Of a stretch of 64,000 nt of DNA, positions 12,957-34,800 are shown piece after piece. The number at the start of each line of letters is the position of its first letter. Within the stretch, counting starts at the first letter, position 1. The notes beneath the pieces were generated by a model. The model was not told the DNA's origin. It saw nothing but the letters and a program-made list of their open reading frames with translations, and searched no databases. Both the position numbers and the translations under genes were made by a program. The stretch covers positions 22,329,970 through 22,393,969 of the forward strand of contig NC_092671.1 in assembly GCF_964355755.1 (NCBI RefSeq). The letters run 5' to 3'. The DNA comes from Antedon mediterranea. Lineage: Eukaryota; Animalia; Echinodermata.

Positions 12957-13181
12957 TCATTGATCTTTTGCAGGGTTGTTGTTAAGTGGGCATTGTCGAC
13001 TAATGTGGCCTGGTTTATTACATTTATAGCATGTAATGTTTTGTGTTGTGTATTGGCGAGTTGTGTAGGTACCGCTAGGGGCTGAATAATTATCAAAAGG
13101 GATCGAGAGCAAAGGTTTTGGGGAATAACTCGATGTAGGTTGGGGAGGGCCTTGGGATGCGGGACTGTAACTAGAAAACGA
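12957..13181 (-). pseudogene. gag: 3' remnant of gag with CCHC zinc knuckle
   Basis: Minus strand translates ...NITCYKCNKPGHISRQCPLNNNPAKDQ* in the same frame as pol; the upstream part is replaced by satellite. Confidence 0.88.
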
Positions 13182-21797
<8,616 letters not shown>

Positions 21798-21805
<8 letters not shown>

Positions 21806-21813
21806 CAATGCAA
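21798..21813 (+). repeat. Left terminal inverted repeat AGAGCGCACAATGCAA
   Basis: Matches the reverse complement of 56665-56679 (AGAGCGCACA-TGCAA) with one indel; the first bases merge with the GA tract, so the exact end is ambiguous. Confidence 0.75.
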
Positions 21814-22219
21814 CTTTTCAATGCTAATCAGCGGCGGCCGATCAGCATATCGCGATGCAACCTGTTTTTTGGGTGCAATTATGCTGATTTCAGATGCACT
21901 CGCGTCGACTGAAGAATTTTCAGCAGTTAGGTAATCACTGGCATTCAGCCTCTTTCACTAATTTTATAAATAAACCCATCCGTTTATTTATACGCGGACG
22001 CGGTGTTTTTTAAAATTTTTAAATTCATCTGTATTGATCTGATCGTTAAAACAGACTGTTTGTAGAAAGGTAAGGCTATAGGCTAGGTACTTTTATTACC
22101 TTTTATTATCCTAACATAAATTTTTATTGCATAACCAAGTGCCTTAATCCCTGTACTAAAGTACAGAGATTTTTTGTTTTAAATGCCCAAAATAAAAAAA
22201 TACCACCATAAAATGATTG

Positions 22220-22730
22220 TGGCCTAGGCCTAGGCCTAGCCTAGGCCTCTAGGCCTAGGTAGGCCTAGGCCTACTAGGTAGGCCCCTAGGCTTAGGCCTA
22301 CTAGCCTAGGCCTAGGCCCTAGAGGGGTAGGCCTAGCTAGGCTAGGCCTAGCTAGCTAGCTAGAGGCCTAACAATAATTAATAAGCCCTCCTAGCTAGTA
22401 GGCTAGGTCCTAGCTAGCTTAGCTAGGCCTAGCCTATGAGGCATAGCCTACCTAGCTAGGCCTGCGTATTAAAGTATATTATAGGGTAGGAACTAAACCT
22501 ACCTCCTTGGGCCAGGCTATAGGGCCTACTAGCCTGGTCTACCTAGCTAGGCCTAGGCTAGGTTAATAATAGTTTAGGCCTAGCCTAGTTGGCTGAATCT
22601 GTCTGTAGCCTAGATAGGAGGTTAGGTGTAGGCCTATGTATGTCATGTATAGGCCTAGGCCTAGTCTAGCTAGGCCTATCAATCATACCACACTAGCTAG
22701 GTTAGAGTAGGCCCCTAGGCCTAGCATAAA
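22220..22730. repeat. TAGGCC/CTAG low-complexity palindromic tract in the probable first (5'UTR) intron of the recombinase gene
   Basis: Dense ctaggcctag/gctagctag runs between a donor AAAG|GTAAGG (~22069) and an acceptor CCACAG| (22842). Confidence 0.7.
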
Positions 22731-22853
22731 GGAGAGGGTATTAAAAGTTGGACCACAGTAGGCCCTTCTCGTTAGCAAGTATATGCTACCCCTAGCTTCA
22801 GTGCTTTTTTTTTCTTCAAAAAATGTATCATTTGTTCCACAGATTATTTCAAA

Positions 22854-25800
22854 ATGGACCGTTTTTGTAATTCACCCGTAAGTAAACAATTAATTTACCT
22901 AAATTTACCTGAATCCAGGATGATTTATTCCAGGTTTGGTGGAGCGATTCAACTCGCTTTGTATGCTGAAACATCCAGATTTTATGCTGGACCAAATGGT
23001 TGTTGTCAGTTGTTGGTATTTTAAGTTTATAAAATGTTATCGCTAAAGCAGACTTTTTATAAAATGTACGTCATTACTAATCTAATCTCCTAAATGAGCT
23101 GACATGTCCCGTACTGATAATGCTCCTTGGCTGAATCACAAATGTAATAATCCATTTATCTAGAGCTTATCTTAGTCATTGAATTCAACTTTTTCAAGTA
23201 CAGTATATAAAAGTAAGGTTAAGCCTTAGAAAAGTAATAATAATACTGCACTATGTAATAATAGTTACGGATAACTTTAGTTTAATTATTTGTAACAAAT
23301 ATACAATAATAATAACATTATTTTTTTATAGCAACCTGATGAATTAACTGAAAGCGATTTTTTTAATCATGAAGACTGGTAAGTATAGTTAGAAATTTAT
23401 TGATAAATTACTCCATTTTTACATCCATGACAAATTTAGATGGTAAGTATTTTATTTTTAATTCCAATATTGTATCTTCGTTGGTACAGCCTTCTTGAAA
23501 AATGACATGTTATAAACAAACCTTTATTCATTTTTATTTATAATGATAAAAAAGTAAGGGTTTGAAATGATTTTTTTAATGATTTGCTTTAATGAAATAA
23601 AAGAGGTTAATAATTAGAGCCTGTATTTGTTTTTCAAAGTAAAAATTAACTAACAATATTTGTTTAATTTTATTATTAGTAGCAAAGAAGACTACATGTC
23701 TGACAAAGTGTAAGTATCCAATTTGAGAATAAATCTGTTGTGTTTGTATGAACCACGACATCCAGATTACTGATCTTGCGCTGATGGCTAGGGTTTAATT
23801 TGAGCCTACCTTGCAAATTTTAATATTAATCGGTTCAATAATTAACCAGTTAGTTAAGTCGGGTGATTTGTTATCTGTGATAAACCATTTTTGCCATAAA
23901 TTAACAATTTTGTTTTATTTTGACGTAATTATTTATACTTTATTATTCACACCATACAATTCAAACTTATTTTTGTTAAAAAATAAATACTTGAAATTAT
24001 TTTGTTAACGAAGAATAGGATATATACTGTTGTTTATTTACCTAAAGCCAAACATCTATTCTAATTTGTGCAAACATACATGCTTATATAATTTCTATAT
24101 TATTTCATAGTAGGTCTATAAATAGTTTTTTTTTTCGACTTTTATTTTAATACACCTACAATATTTGTGTGTACTTTGTGAACTATTAATAGAAGTGAGG
24201 ATGGAGAATTTGAGAAGAAAGAAAATAAGGAAGAGGAAAACATGGAGGAGGAAGAAAATGAGAAAGAAGACGAGGAAGAAGAAATGGAGGAAGAGGAAAA
24301 CATGGAGGAGGAGGAGGAGATGGAGGAGGAGGAGGAGGAAGAAGAAGAAGAAGAAAGCGAGAAAGAAGACGAGGAAGAAGAAGAGGAGGTAGTTGAGATG
24401 TAAGTTATGAACTGTTTTGTATTTAGACATTCTAGAATGAACATAGTTTATCATTTTCTAAAATTTACCAGTATTATTTTTCTAGATTGAGCTTATTATG
24501 TAGCAAAACATATACTATTGAGCATCCTTATTTGTGTTAACTTTAGTTATTACTATAACCATAACAATATTTTTTTAATTTGTTTAGGTATAGTGATTTT
24601 GAAAAGAAGGGAAAAAAGTAAATATAATATTTTTTGACTAATACTGTAATTAAAATAAACAGCCAATGGATCACTTAGGCCCTAAATGCTATGTTATTAA
24701 ATAATGTAAAAATAAAAATACGGTAGTTATATACAGTTAACATGAAATATTATATTACTTTATCAGTACTTTTCCTTTAATACCTATGTGTTGTATTTTG
24801 TTTTTATTAGGAAGGACATAGAAAAGAAGAAAGCTGTAAGGGAAAGTAGCATATTGAATATACTTTTGTACTTAATTTGAAGTAAAATATTAACTTAAAC
24901 TTTGTTTCCTCATTTTTTTTATTATCAATTTAGCTAGATTAAATTTTCCCTGTAGATTAGCATCAAAAATCTAATTACCGTAGATAGTTGTAGTTTACAT
25001 CTGTGGTTACTGAAGTCTTAAATTATTTAACTTCATTAAAATAGTTTTTTTTATTGAATACAAATAATATAAAATTTTATATTTTGATATTGGTTGTTGA
25101 TAATGAATAGACCTTAAAGCATTCATTCAAAATAGTCATGGTTTATTATTGCCTACAGAACAGAAAATTGTTAACATGCATTCTGTGTGGCCGCATAAGC
25201 AAGTACCTTGCCAGCCATCTGGAAAAGGCCCACAAAATAATAAATAGAGAAATAATTAAAAACATGGTTGCTGATGCTAGAAAAAGGTGAGTACTTCATT
25301 CATTATGAACAATTTTTTTCATGTGGTTACCAGCTAAATTATAAATAACATATTGTTAAGTATAACATGGAGTTTCTTCAGCTAAATATAATAAATTACA
25401 TATTTTTATTTATCTTAGTTTTGTTTGCAGTTTCTTTTTTATAGAATATTTTACTAGTTAACTCTACCAATACTGGAAACCGAAAACTGCACTTGTAATG
25501 TATTGAAAACCAAACATTCTCAATGGTTTCTATTGTTGGGTGAATTGAATACTGTGATTGGATTATTGAAAAATGATAAACAGTTTTGTATGTTTTATCT
25601 AGTTATCATGAGTGTATCATTTAAAGTTTTCTAGATACTAATGATAAAGGGGAAAAAAAAAAGGCCAGACATTCCTGCAGTGTGCCTGGATGTTGGGCTA
25701 AAAACCTGGCAAGGTATGATATGCATCTGCAAAGGAAGCATAAATTCCCTGTAAGTTAAAATTCTTTCAACTTTAGCAGATATGTTCAATCAAATGTTAA

Positions 25801-28800
25801 ATTAAATTTTTTGTTTTATTTCAGAACAAGAAATAGTGTGTAGAGTAGTAATGTATTTCCAACTATTATAATTGTTTGTTTATTTTTTATTTTTTTTTTA
25901 AATATGTATGTTAATTACAAAAATCTATTTTTTAGAGTTCGTAGAGTATCACCACTCTGTCTCAGGTCCAAATTTTGAGGTGTACATGCAGTACACTTTA
26001 AAATTATTTATTATTTTGTTAGTATTTAATAGAATGTGTGTTTGTTTTATTTTAATCTATGCTTAAATCCACCACATTCAAATTCGGATGTGGCATACAC
26101 TTTCATATTAACATCATCCACCAGATAACTGCATGAATGTTTATTTGTTTAGTAGTTTATAGAATGTGTTTGTGTGTTTGTTTTATTTTAATTTAATCTA
26201 TGCTAATCACTCAGATTCAAATGTGATGTGGCATACACTTTCATATTAACATCATCCACCAGATAACTGCATGCATGTTTATTTGTTTAGTAGTTTATAG
26301 AATGTGTTTGTGTGTTTGTTTTATTTTAATTTAATCTATGCTAATTTTTCAGATTCAAATCCTGATGTGGCATACACTTTCATATTAACATCATCCACCA
26401 CCAGATAACTGCATGCATGTTTATTTGTTTAGTAGTTTATAGAATGTGTTTCAGTTTTTTTTTTTTAATTTAATCTATGCTAATTTTTTAGATTCAAATT
26501 CGGATGTGGCATACACTTTCATATCTAACATCATCCACCAGATAACTGCATGCATATTTATTTGTTTAGTAGTTTATAGAATGTGTTTGTGTGTTTATTT
26601 TATTTAATTTAATCTATGCTAATCACTCGGGTTCAAATCCTGATGTGGCATATACTTTCATATTAACATCATCCACCAGATAACTGCATGCATGTTTTTT
26701 TTGTTTAGTAGTTTATAGAATGTGTTAATCCATGCTAATCACTAAAATCTATTTCTTTTATAGAATGCTATCATAGCTCAGCTGGTAGAGCATCGGCACT
26801 CTTGTCGAAGGTCTCGGGTTCAAATCCTGATGTGGCATACACTTTCATATTAACATCATCCACCAGATAACTGCATGCATGTTTATTTGTTTAGTAGTTT
26901 ATAGAATGTGTTTCAGTTTTTTTTTTTTTATTTAATCTATGCTAATTTTTCAGATTCAAATTCGGATGTGGCATACACTTTCATATCTAACATCATCCAC
27001 CAGATAACTGCATGCATGTTTATTTGTTTAGTAGTTTATAGAATGTGTTTGTGTGTTTATTTTTGTTAATTTAATCTATGCTAATCACTCAGATTCAAAT
27101 CCTGATGTGGCATACACTTTCATATTAACATCATCCACCAGATAACTGCATGCATGTTTTTTTTGTTTAGTAGTTTATAGAATGTGTTAATCCATGCTAA
27201 TCACTAAAATCTATTTCTTTTATAGAATGCTATCATAGCTCAGCTGGTAGAGCATCGGCACTCTTGTCGAAGGTCTCGGGTTCAAATCCTGATGTGGCAT
27301 ACACTTTCATATTAACATCATCCACCAGATAACTGCATGCATGTTTATTTGTTTAGTAGTTTATAGAATGTGTTTCAGTTTTTTTTTTTTTTATTTAATC
27401 TATGCTAATTTTTCAGATTCAAATTCGGATGTGGCATACACTTTCATATCTAACATCATCCACCAGATAACTGCATGCATGTTTATTTGTTTAGTAGTTT
27501 ATAGAATGTGTTTGTGTGTTTATTTTTGTTAATTTAATCTATGCTAATCACTCAGATTCAAATCCTGATGTGGCATACACTTTCATATTAACATCATCCA
27601 CCAGATAACTGCATGCATGTTTTTTTTGTTTAGTAGTTTATAGAATGTGTTAATCCATGCTAATCACTAAAATCTATTTCTTTTATAGAATGCTATCATA
27701 GCTCAGCTGGTAGAGCATCGGCACTCTTGTCGAAGGTCTCGGGTTCAAATCCTGATGTGGCATACACTTTCATATTAACATCATCCACCAGATAACTGCA
27801 TGCATGTTTATTTGTTTAGTAGTTTATAGAATGTGTTTCAGTTTTTTTTTTTTTTATTTAATCTATGCTAATTTTTCAGATTCAAATTCGGATGTGGCAT
27901 ACACTTTCATATCTAACATCATCCACCAGATAACTGCATGCATGTTTATTTGTTTAGTAGTTTATAGAATGTGTTTGTGTGTTTATTTTTGTTAATTTAA
28001 TCTATGCTAATCACTCAGATTCAAATCCTGATGTGGAATATACATATTAACATCATCCACCAGATAACTGCATGCACGATTTTTTTTTTAGTAGTTTATA
28101 GAAAGTGTTTGAATTTTTTATTTTTTTTTTAATTAATCTATGCTAATTTTTCAGATTCAAATCCTGATGTGGAATACACTTTCATATTAACATCATCTAC
28201 CAGATAACTGCATGCACGTTTTTTGTTTAGTAGTTTATAGAATGTGTTTGAGTTTTTTTTTTTTTTTTTAAATTTAATCTATACTAACTTTTCAGATTCA
28301 AATCCTGATGTGGCATACACTTTCATATTAACATCATCCACCAGATAACTGCATGCATGTTTTTTTTTGTTTAGTAGTTTATAGAATGTGTTTGAGTTTT
28401 TTTTTATTTTAATTTGATCTATGCTAATTTTTCAGATTCAAATCCTGATGTGGCATACACTTTTATATTAACATCATCCACCAGATAACTGCATGCACGT
28501 TTTTTTTGTTTAGTAGTTTATAGAATGTGTTAATCCATGCTATTCACTAAAATCTATTTCTTTTATAGAATGCTATCATAGCTCAGCTGGTAGAGCACCG
28601 GCACTCTTGTCGAAAGTCTCTTTCATATCTAACATCATCCACCAGATAACTGCATGCATGTTTTTTTGTTTAGTAGTTTGTGTGTTTATTTTATTTTAAT
28701 TTAATCTATGCTAATCACTCAGATTCAAATCCTGATGTGGCATACACTTTCATATTAACATCATCCATCAGATAACTGCATGCATGTTTATTTTTTATTT

Positions 28801-31800
28801 ACTTTGTAATTGTTTTTAAATACTTTAATTTTCGCTGTATGTCTTAATCCATGCTAATTTCTTAGCTTAATTGTGATGCAAATCAAAGTTATATAGGTAA
28901 GTTATACATTTACATTTTTTTTAGGTTGGCAGTCCTGAATATATTAAGTTCAGACAACAAAAAGTCTGTAAATTTGCAGGTAACCTTTTATTTATAAAAT
29001 TATTATAAAGTTTCATTTTTTGATAGATAATTAATAGTTTCAATTTAAAAATAAATGTGTACCTTTTATTGACAAAAACAATTCTTATTCATTTTATCTA
29101 TGCTGGAGAATTATAAGTACCTAATTTCTACTACTAACTACTACTTTTAGGTCAAATACAAAGTTCTCTTTATCCCAAATAGTTAATATTAATTTAGATA
29201 ACCAATCCCAGACACTAATAAATAAAATTACTGTAATAATAACAATTGTAATATAATAATAATTATGTCATGGGTCAACTTTCGGATCCTGAACTTTGTT
29301 TTCCAAGAATGGACTTATTTTTAATGTCATTAAAGCCTTTTTAACTTCTATAGAGCCATCTACAACAATGAGCCGGTTCAAGGCCTACATGTTAGAAACT
29401 TTAAAAATACCGGCAAAGCATGCAGCACAGGTCATAAAGGAGATAGAGGGAATTTGGAGTGAAGCAGGGGAGAAGGGATATTCTCCAAAGATAATAAAGA
29501 CGTAACATTTTTTTATTACAATTATATTAATAGAAAAAGGAAGAAGCCAAACAATTTAAATTTCATTTAGCATTAAAATAAAAGTTTTCTTAAATGTCAG
29601 CTATAGATTGTGAGTCTAATGTATTATTGTGTTATTAAGCCTGCTACCTTAATTTTCTTGAAGGAACAAATAAATGTTAAGTTGAATTTGAAACCATGTG
29701 AAGTTACCATGAATCACTCGATCCTAATTACTATAATGAAGATATTACATATTTGAATATTTGATTTTTGTGTATTGTACTCTTCTTTTCATTTTTTTAA
29801 AAATAATTGTTTAGTGCTGTTAGCCATTTACAATTGAAGCTTGCTGGCTCCACGTTAAGACACTACCTGTGCTCCTTTGTGAAAATATTGGAATACATTT
29901 CAATATACGAATCTAAATCTGTTTCACTTGCCGAAATATACAAGTGCAAAGATGCATGCAAAGGCCTGAGCAAGGCTCTCAGAAAACGCATTTCTGAAGA
30001 AAAGGCCAAAAAGCATGAAGAAATTGAAGGTAACATCTACTGAATTAAAGTTTTTCTTTTCATCAAATGTTTGAAAGTCATATTATTTAAATTGAAATAA
30101 TAATAATAATATGTTTTAATTTTCTTTTAAGGTGATCTAATTTCGGCGGACGAACAATCCCATTATCTCAGAAAATCTGAGAAAACAATTAAAAGCATAG
30201 TTGGTATGTTTTTTTATATATTATTTCTTTATCCATTAAATGTATTCATAATCATAAGATTTATCATATTTTATGTTATTAGGTAAAGACTAGGAGAAAC
30301 TAGGAGAAATAACTAAAACTAACCTTAATCCTAGCTTATTTTTTCATTGTGTTAGTAAAGGTAATTAGGTATAGGTAAAATGTTGATTATGATATTATTC
30401 TAAGGTTCACCTGTATTTACCAGGACAAGGTCACTATATAAATGATCAAAATCCTTTTACTAAACTAAGTACAGTAGTAGTTAAATTGATTTCCAAGTAC
30501 CCTAAATCTATCTGGGTGCATTCTTGCACAATATTATTATGGTTGTCTGGCCGGCTATCCTTTTACTTTTACTATTGATATATAAAAATGTAGTATGTTA
30601 TCTTTTATTTCAGGCATTGGATGATTGGCAATTTTAATTTTATTAAATTAAACTAGGAGAATGGGAAAAGTAAACTATTTTAAAGGCAAAAATATTCACA
30701 CATAATTTTATAATAAATAAATAACCCTATTTCTGAACATTTACATCTAGTTCAAATCCTGATGTGTCATACATCATCCACTCAATAACTGTGTATTTAA
30801 TTTTTCATATTTTGTTTTAGTGGTTTATAGGATGTGTTAATCCATGCTAATCACTAAAATCTATTTCTTTTATAGAATACTATCATAGCTCAGCTGGTAG
30901 AGCATCGGCACTATTGTCGAAAGTCTCAGGTTCAAATCCTGATGTGGCATACACTTTCATATTAACATCATCTACCAGATAACTGCATGCATCTTTTATT
31001 TTGTTTAGTAGTTTATAGAGTGTGTTTGTTTTATTTAAATTTGATTTAATCTATGCTTAAATCAACCACACTTTCATATTAACATCATCCACCAGATAAC
31101 TGCATGTTATTTTGTTTAATAGTAGTTTATAGAATGTGTTAATCCATGCAAATCACTAAAATCTATTTCTTTTATAGAATACTATCATAGTTCAGCTGGT
31201 AGAGCATCGGCACTCTTGTCGGGGGTCTTGGGTTCAAATCCTGATGTGGCATACACTTTCATATCTAATATCGTCTACCAGATAACTGCATGCATGTTTA
31301 TTTGTTTAGTAGTTTATAGAATGTGTTTGTGTTTTTATTTATTTTAATTTAATGCTAATCACTCAGATTCAAATCCTGATGTGGCATACACTTTTAATAT
31401 CATCCACCAGATAACTATGCATGTTTATTTGTTTAGTAGTTTATAGAATGTGTTTGTGTTTTTATTTTATTTTAATTTAATCTATGCTAATTTTTCAGAT
31501 TCAAATCCTGATGTGGCATACACTTTCATATCTAACGTCATCCACCAGATAACTGCATGCATGTTGTTTTTTTGTTTAGTAGTTTATAGAATGTGTTTGT
31601 GTGTTTATTTTATTTAATTTAATCTATGCTAATCACTCGGATTCAAATCCTGATGTGGCATACACTTTCATATTAACATCATCCACCAGATTACTGCATG
31701 CATGTTTTTTGTTTAATAATTTATAGAATGTGTTAATCCATGCTAATCACTAAAATCTATTTCTTTTATAGAATGCTATCATAGCTCAGCTGGTAGAGCA

Positions 31801-34800
31801 TCGGCACTCTTGTCGAAGGTCTCGGGTTCAAATCCTGATGTGGCATACACTTTCATATCTAACATCATCCACCAGATAACTGCATGCATGTTTTTTTTTT
31901 GTTTAGTAGTTTATAGAATGTGTTTGTGTGTTTATTTTTGTTAATTTAATCTATGCTAATCACTCAGATTCAAATCCTGATGTGGCATACACTTTCATAT
32001 TAACATCATCCACCAGATAACTGCATGCATGTTTTTTTTGTTTAGTAGTTTATAGAATGTGTTAATCCATGCTAATCACTAAAATCTATTTCTTTTATAG
32101 AATGCTATCATAGCTCAGCTGGTAGAGCATCGGCACTATTGTCGAAAGTCTCAGGTTCAAATCCTGATGTGGCATACACTTTCATATTAACATCATCTAC
32201 CAGATAACTGCATGCATCTTTTATTTTGTTTAGTAGTTTATAGAATGTGTTTGTGTGTTTATTTTACTTTAATTTAATCTATGCTAATCACTCAGATTTT
32301 ATTCCTGATGTGGCATACACTTTCATTAACATCATCTACCAGATAACTGCATGCATGTTTATTTATTTAGTAGTTTATAGAATGTTTTTGAGTTTTTTTT
32401 TAATTTTAATTTGATCTATGCTAATTTTTCAGATTCAAATCCTGATGTGGCATATACTTTCATATTAACATCATCCACCAGATAACTGCATGCATGTTTA
32501 TTTATTTAGTAGTTTATAGAATGTGTTTGAGTTTTTTTTAAATTTTAATTTGATCTATGCTAATTTTTCAGATTCAAATCCTGATGTGGCATACACTTTC
32601 ATATCTAACGTCATCCACCAGATAACTGCATGCATGTTGTTTTTTTGTTTAGTAGTTTATAGAATGTGTTTGTGTGTTTATTTTATTTAATTTAATCTAT
32701 GCTAATCACTCGGATTCAAATCCTGATGTGGCATACACTTTCATATTAACATCATCCACCAGATTACTGCATGCATGTTTTTTGTTTAATAATTTATAGA
32801 ATGTGTTAATCCATGCTAATCACTAAAATCTATTTCTTTTATAGAATACTATCATAGCTCAGCTGGTAGAGCATCAGCACTCTTGTCAGGGGTCTTGGGT
32901 TCAATTAAATCCTGATGTGGCATACACTTTCATATTAACATCATCCACCAGAAAACTGCATGCATGTTTATTTGTTTAGTAGTTTATAGAATGTGTTTGT
33001 GTGTTTATTTTTGTTAATTTAATCTATGCTAATCACTCAGATTCAAATCCTGATGTGGCATACACTTTCATATTAACATCATCCACCAGATAACTGCATG
33101 CATGTTTTTTTTGTTTAGTAGTTTATAGAATGTGTTAATCCATGCTATTCACTAAAATCTATTTCTTTTATAGAATGCTATCATAGCTCAGCTGGTAGAG
33201 CATCGGCACTCTTGTCGAAGGTCTCGGATTCAAATCCTGATGTGGCATACACTTTCATATTAACATCATCCACCAGATAACTGCATGCATGTTTTTTTTT
33301 TGTTTAGTAGTTTATAGAATGTGTTTGTGTGTTTATTTTACTTCAATTTAATCTATGCTAATCACTCAGATTTTATTCCTGATGTGGCATACACTTTCAT
33401 TAACATCATCTACCAGATAACTGCATGCATGTTTATTTATTTAGTAGTTTATAGAATGTGTTTGAGTTTTTTTTAAATTTTAATTTGATCTATGCTAATT
33501 TTTCAGATTCAAATCCTGATGTGGCATACACTTTCATATTAACATCATCTACCAGATAACTGCATGCATCTTTTATTTTGTTTAGTAGTTTATAGAATAT
33601 GTTAATCCATGCTAATCACTAAAATCTATTTCTTGTATAGAATGCTAACATAGCTCAGCTGGTAGAGCATCGGCACTATTGTCGAAAGTCTCAGGTTCAA
33701 ATCCTGATGTGGCATACACTTTCATATTAACATCATCTACCAGATAACTGCATGCATCTTTTATTTTGTTTAGTAGTTTATAGAATGTGTTTGTGTGTTT
33801 ATTTTACTTTAATTTAATCTATGCTAATCACTCAGATTTTATTCCTGATGTGGCATACACTTTCATTAACATCATCTACCAGATAACTGCATGCATGTTT
33901 ATTTATTTAGTAGTTTATAGAATGTTTTTGAGTTTTTTTTTTATTTTAATTTGATCTATGCTAATTTTTCAGATTCAAATCCTGATGTGGCATATACTTT
34001 CATATTAACATCATCCACCAGATAACTGCATGCATGTTTATTTATTTAGTAGTTTATAGAATGTGTTTGAGTTTTTTTTAAATTTTAATTTGATCTATGC
34101 TAATTTTTCAGATTCAAATCCTGATGTGGCATACACTTTCATATCTAACGTCATCCACCAGATAACTGCATGCATGTTGTTTTTTTGTTTAGTAGTTTAT
34201 AGAATGTGTTTGTGTGTTTATTTTATTTAATTTAATCTATGCTAATCACTCGGATTCAAATCCTGATGTGGCATACACTTTCATATTAACATCATCCACC
34301 AGATTACTGCATGCATGTTTTTTGTTTAATAATTTATAGAATGTGTTAATCCATGCTAATCACTAAAATCTATTTCTTTTATAGAATACTATCATAGCTC
34401 AGCTGGTAGAGCATCAGCACTCTTGTCAGGGGTCTTGGGTTCAATTAAATCCTGATGTGGCATACACTTTCATATTAACATCATCCACCAGAAAACCGCA
34501 TGCATGTTTATTTGTTTAGTAGTTTATAGAATGTGTTTGTGTGTTTATTTTTGTTAATTTAATCTATGCTAATCACTCAGATTCAAATCCTGATGTGGCA
34601 TACACTTTCATATTAACATCATCCACCAGATAACTGCATGCATGTTTTTTTTGTTTAGTAGTTTATAGAATGTGTTAATCCATGCTATTCACTAAAATCT
34701 ATTTCTTTTATAGAATGCTATCATAGCTCAGCTGGTAGAGCATCGGCACTCTTGTCGAAGGTCTCGGGTTCAAATCCTGATGTGGCATACACTTTCATAT

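Larger units (their letters stand above)
8510..13181 (-). mobile_element. Gmr1-like Ty3/Gypsy LTR retrotransposon, 5'-truncated (3' LTR, PPT, pol, end of gag)
   Basis: One LTR with TGTAAC...GTTACA ends, an adjacent polypurine tract, a gypsy-type pol with integrase upstream of RT, and a gag CCHC knuckle; the 5' part is fused to satellite. Confidence 0.93.

Noticed and set aside
22220-22730. Telomeric TTAGGC/TTAGGG repeat
   Set aside because: Irregular, self-complementary CTAG/AGGCCT runs with no strand-polarised period
24116-24454. Arg/Lys-rich, Ser-rich and Phe/Leu-rich ORFs in the track
   Set aside because: Alternative frames of the Glu-rich recombinase exon 24193-24399
26767-26837. Functional tRNA gene cluster
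   Set aside because: The 6-nt anticodon loop and bulged acceptor stem mean no isotype can be assigned; kept as tRNA-like only
27341-27995. Two identical 63-aa ORFs
   Set aside because: Products of the 463-bp repeat unit with no protein-like features
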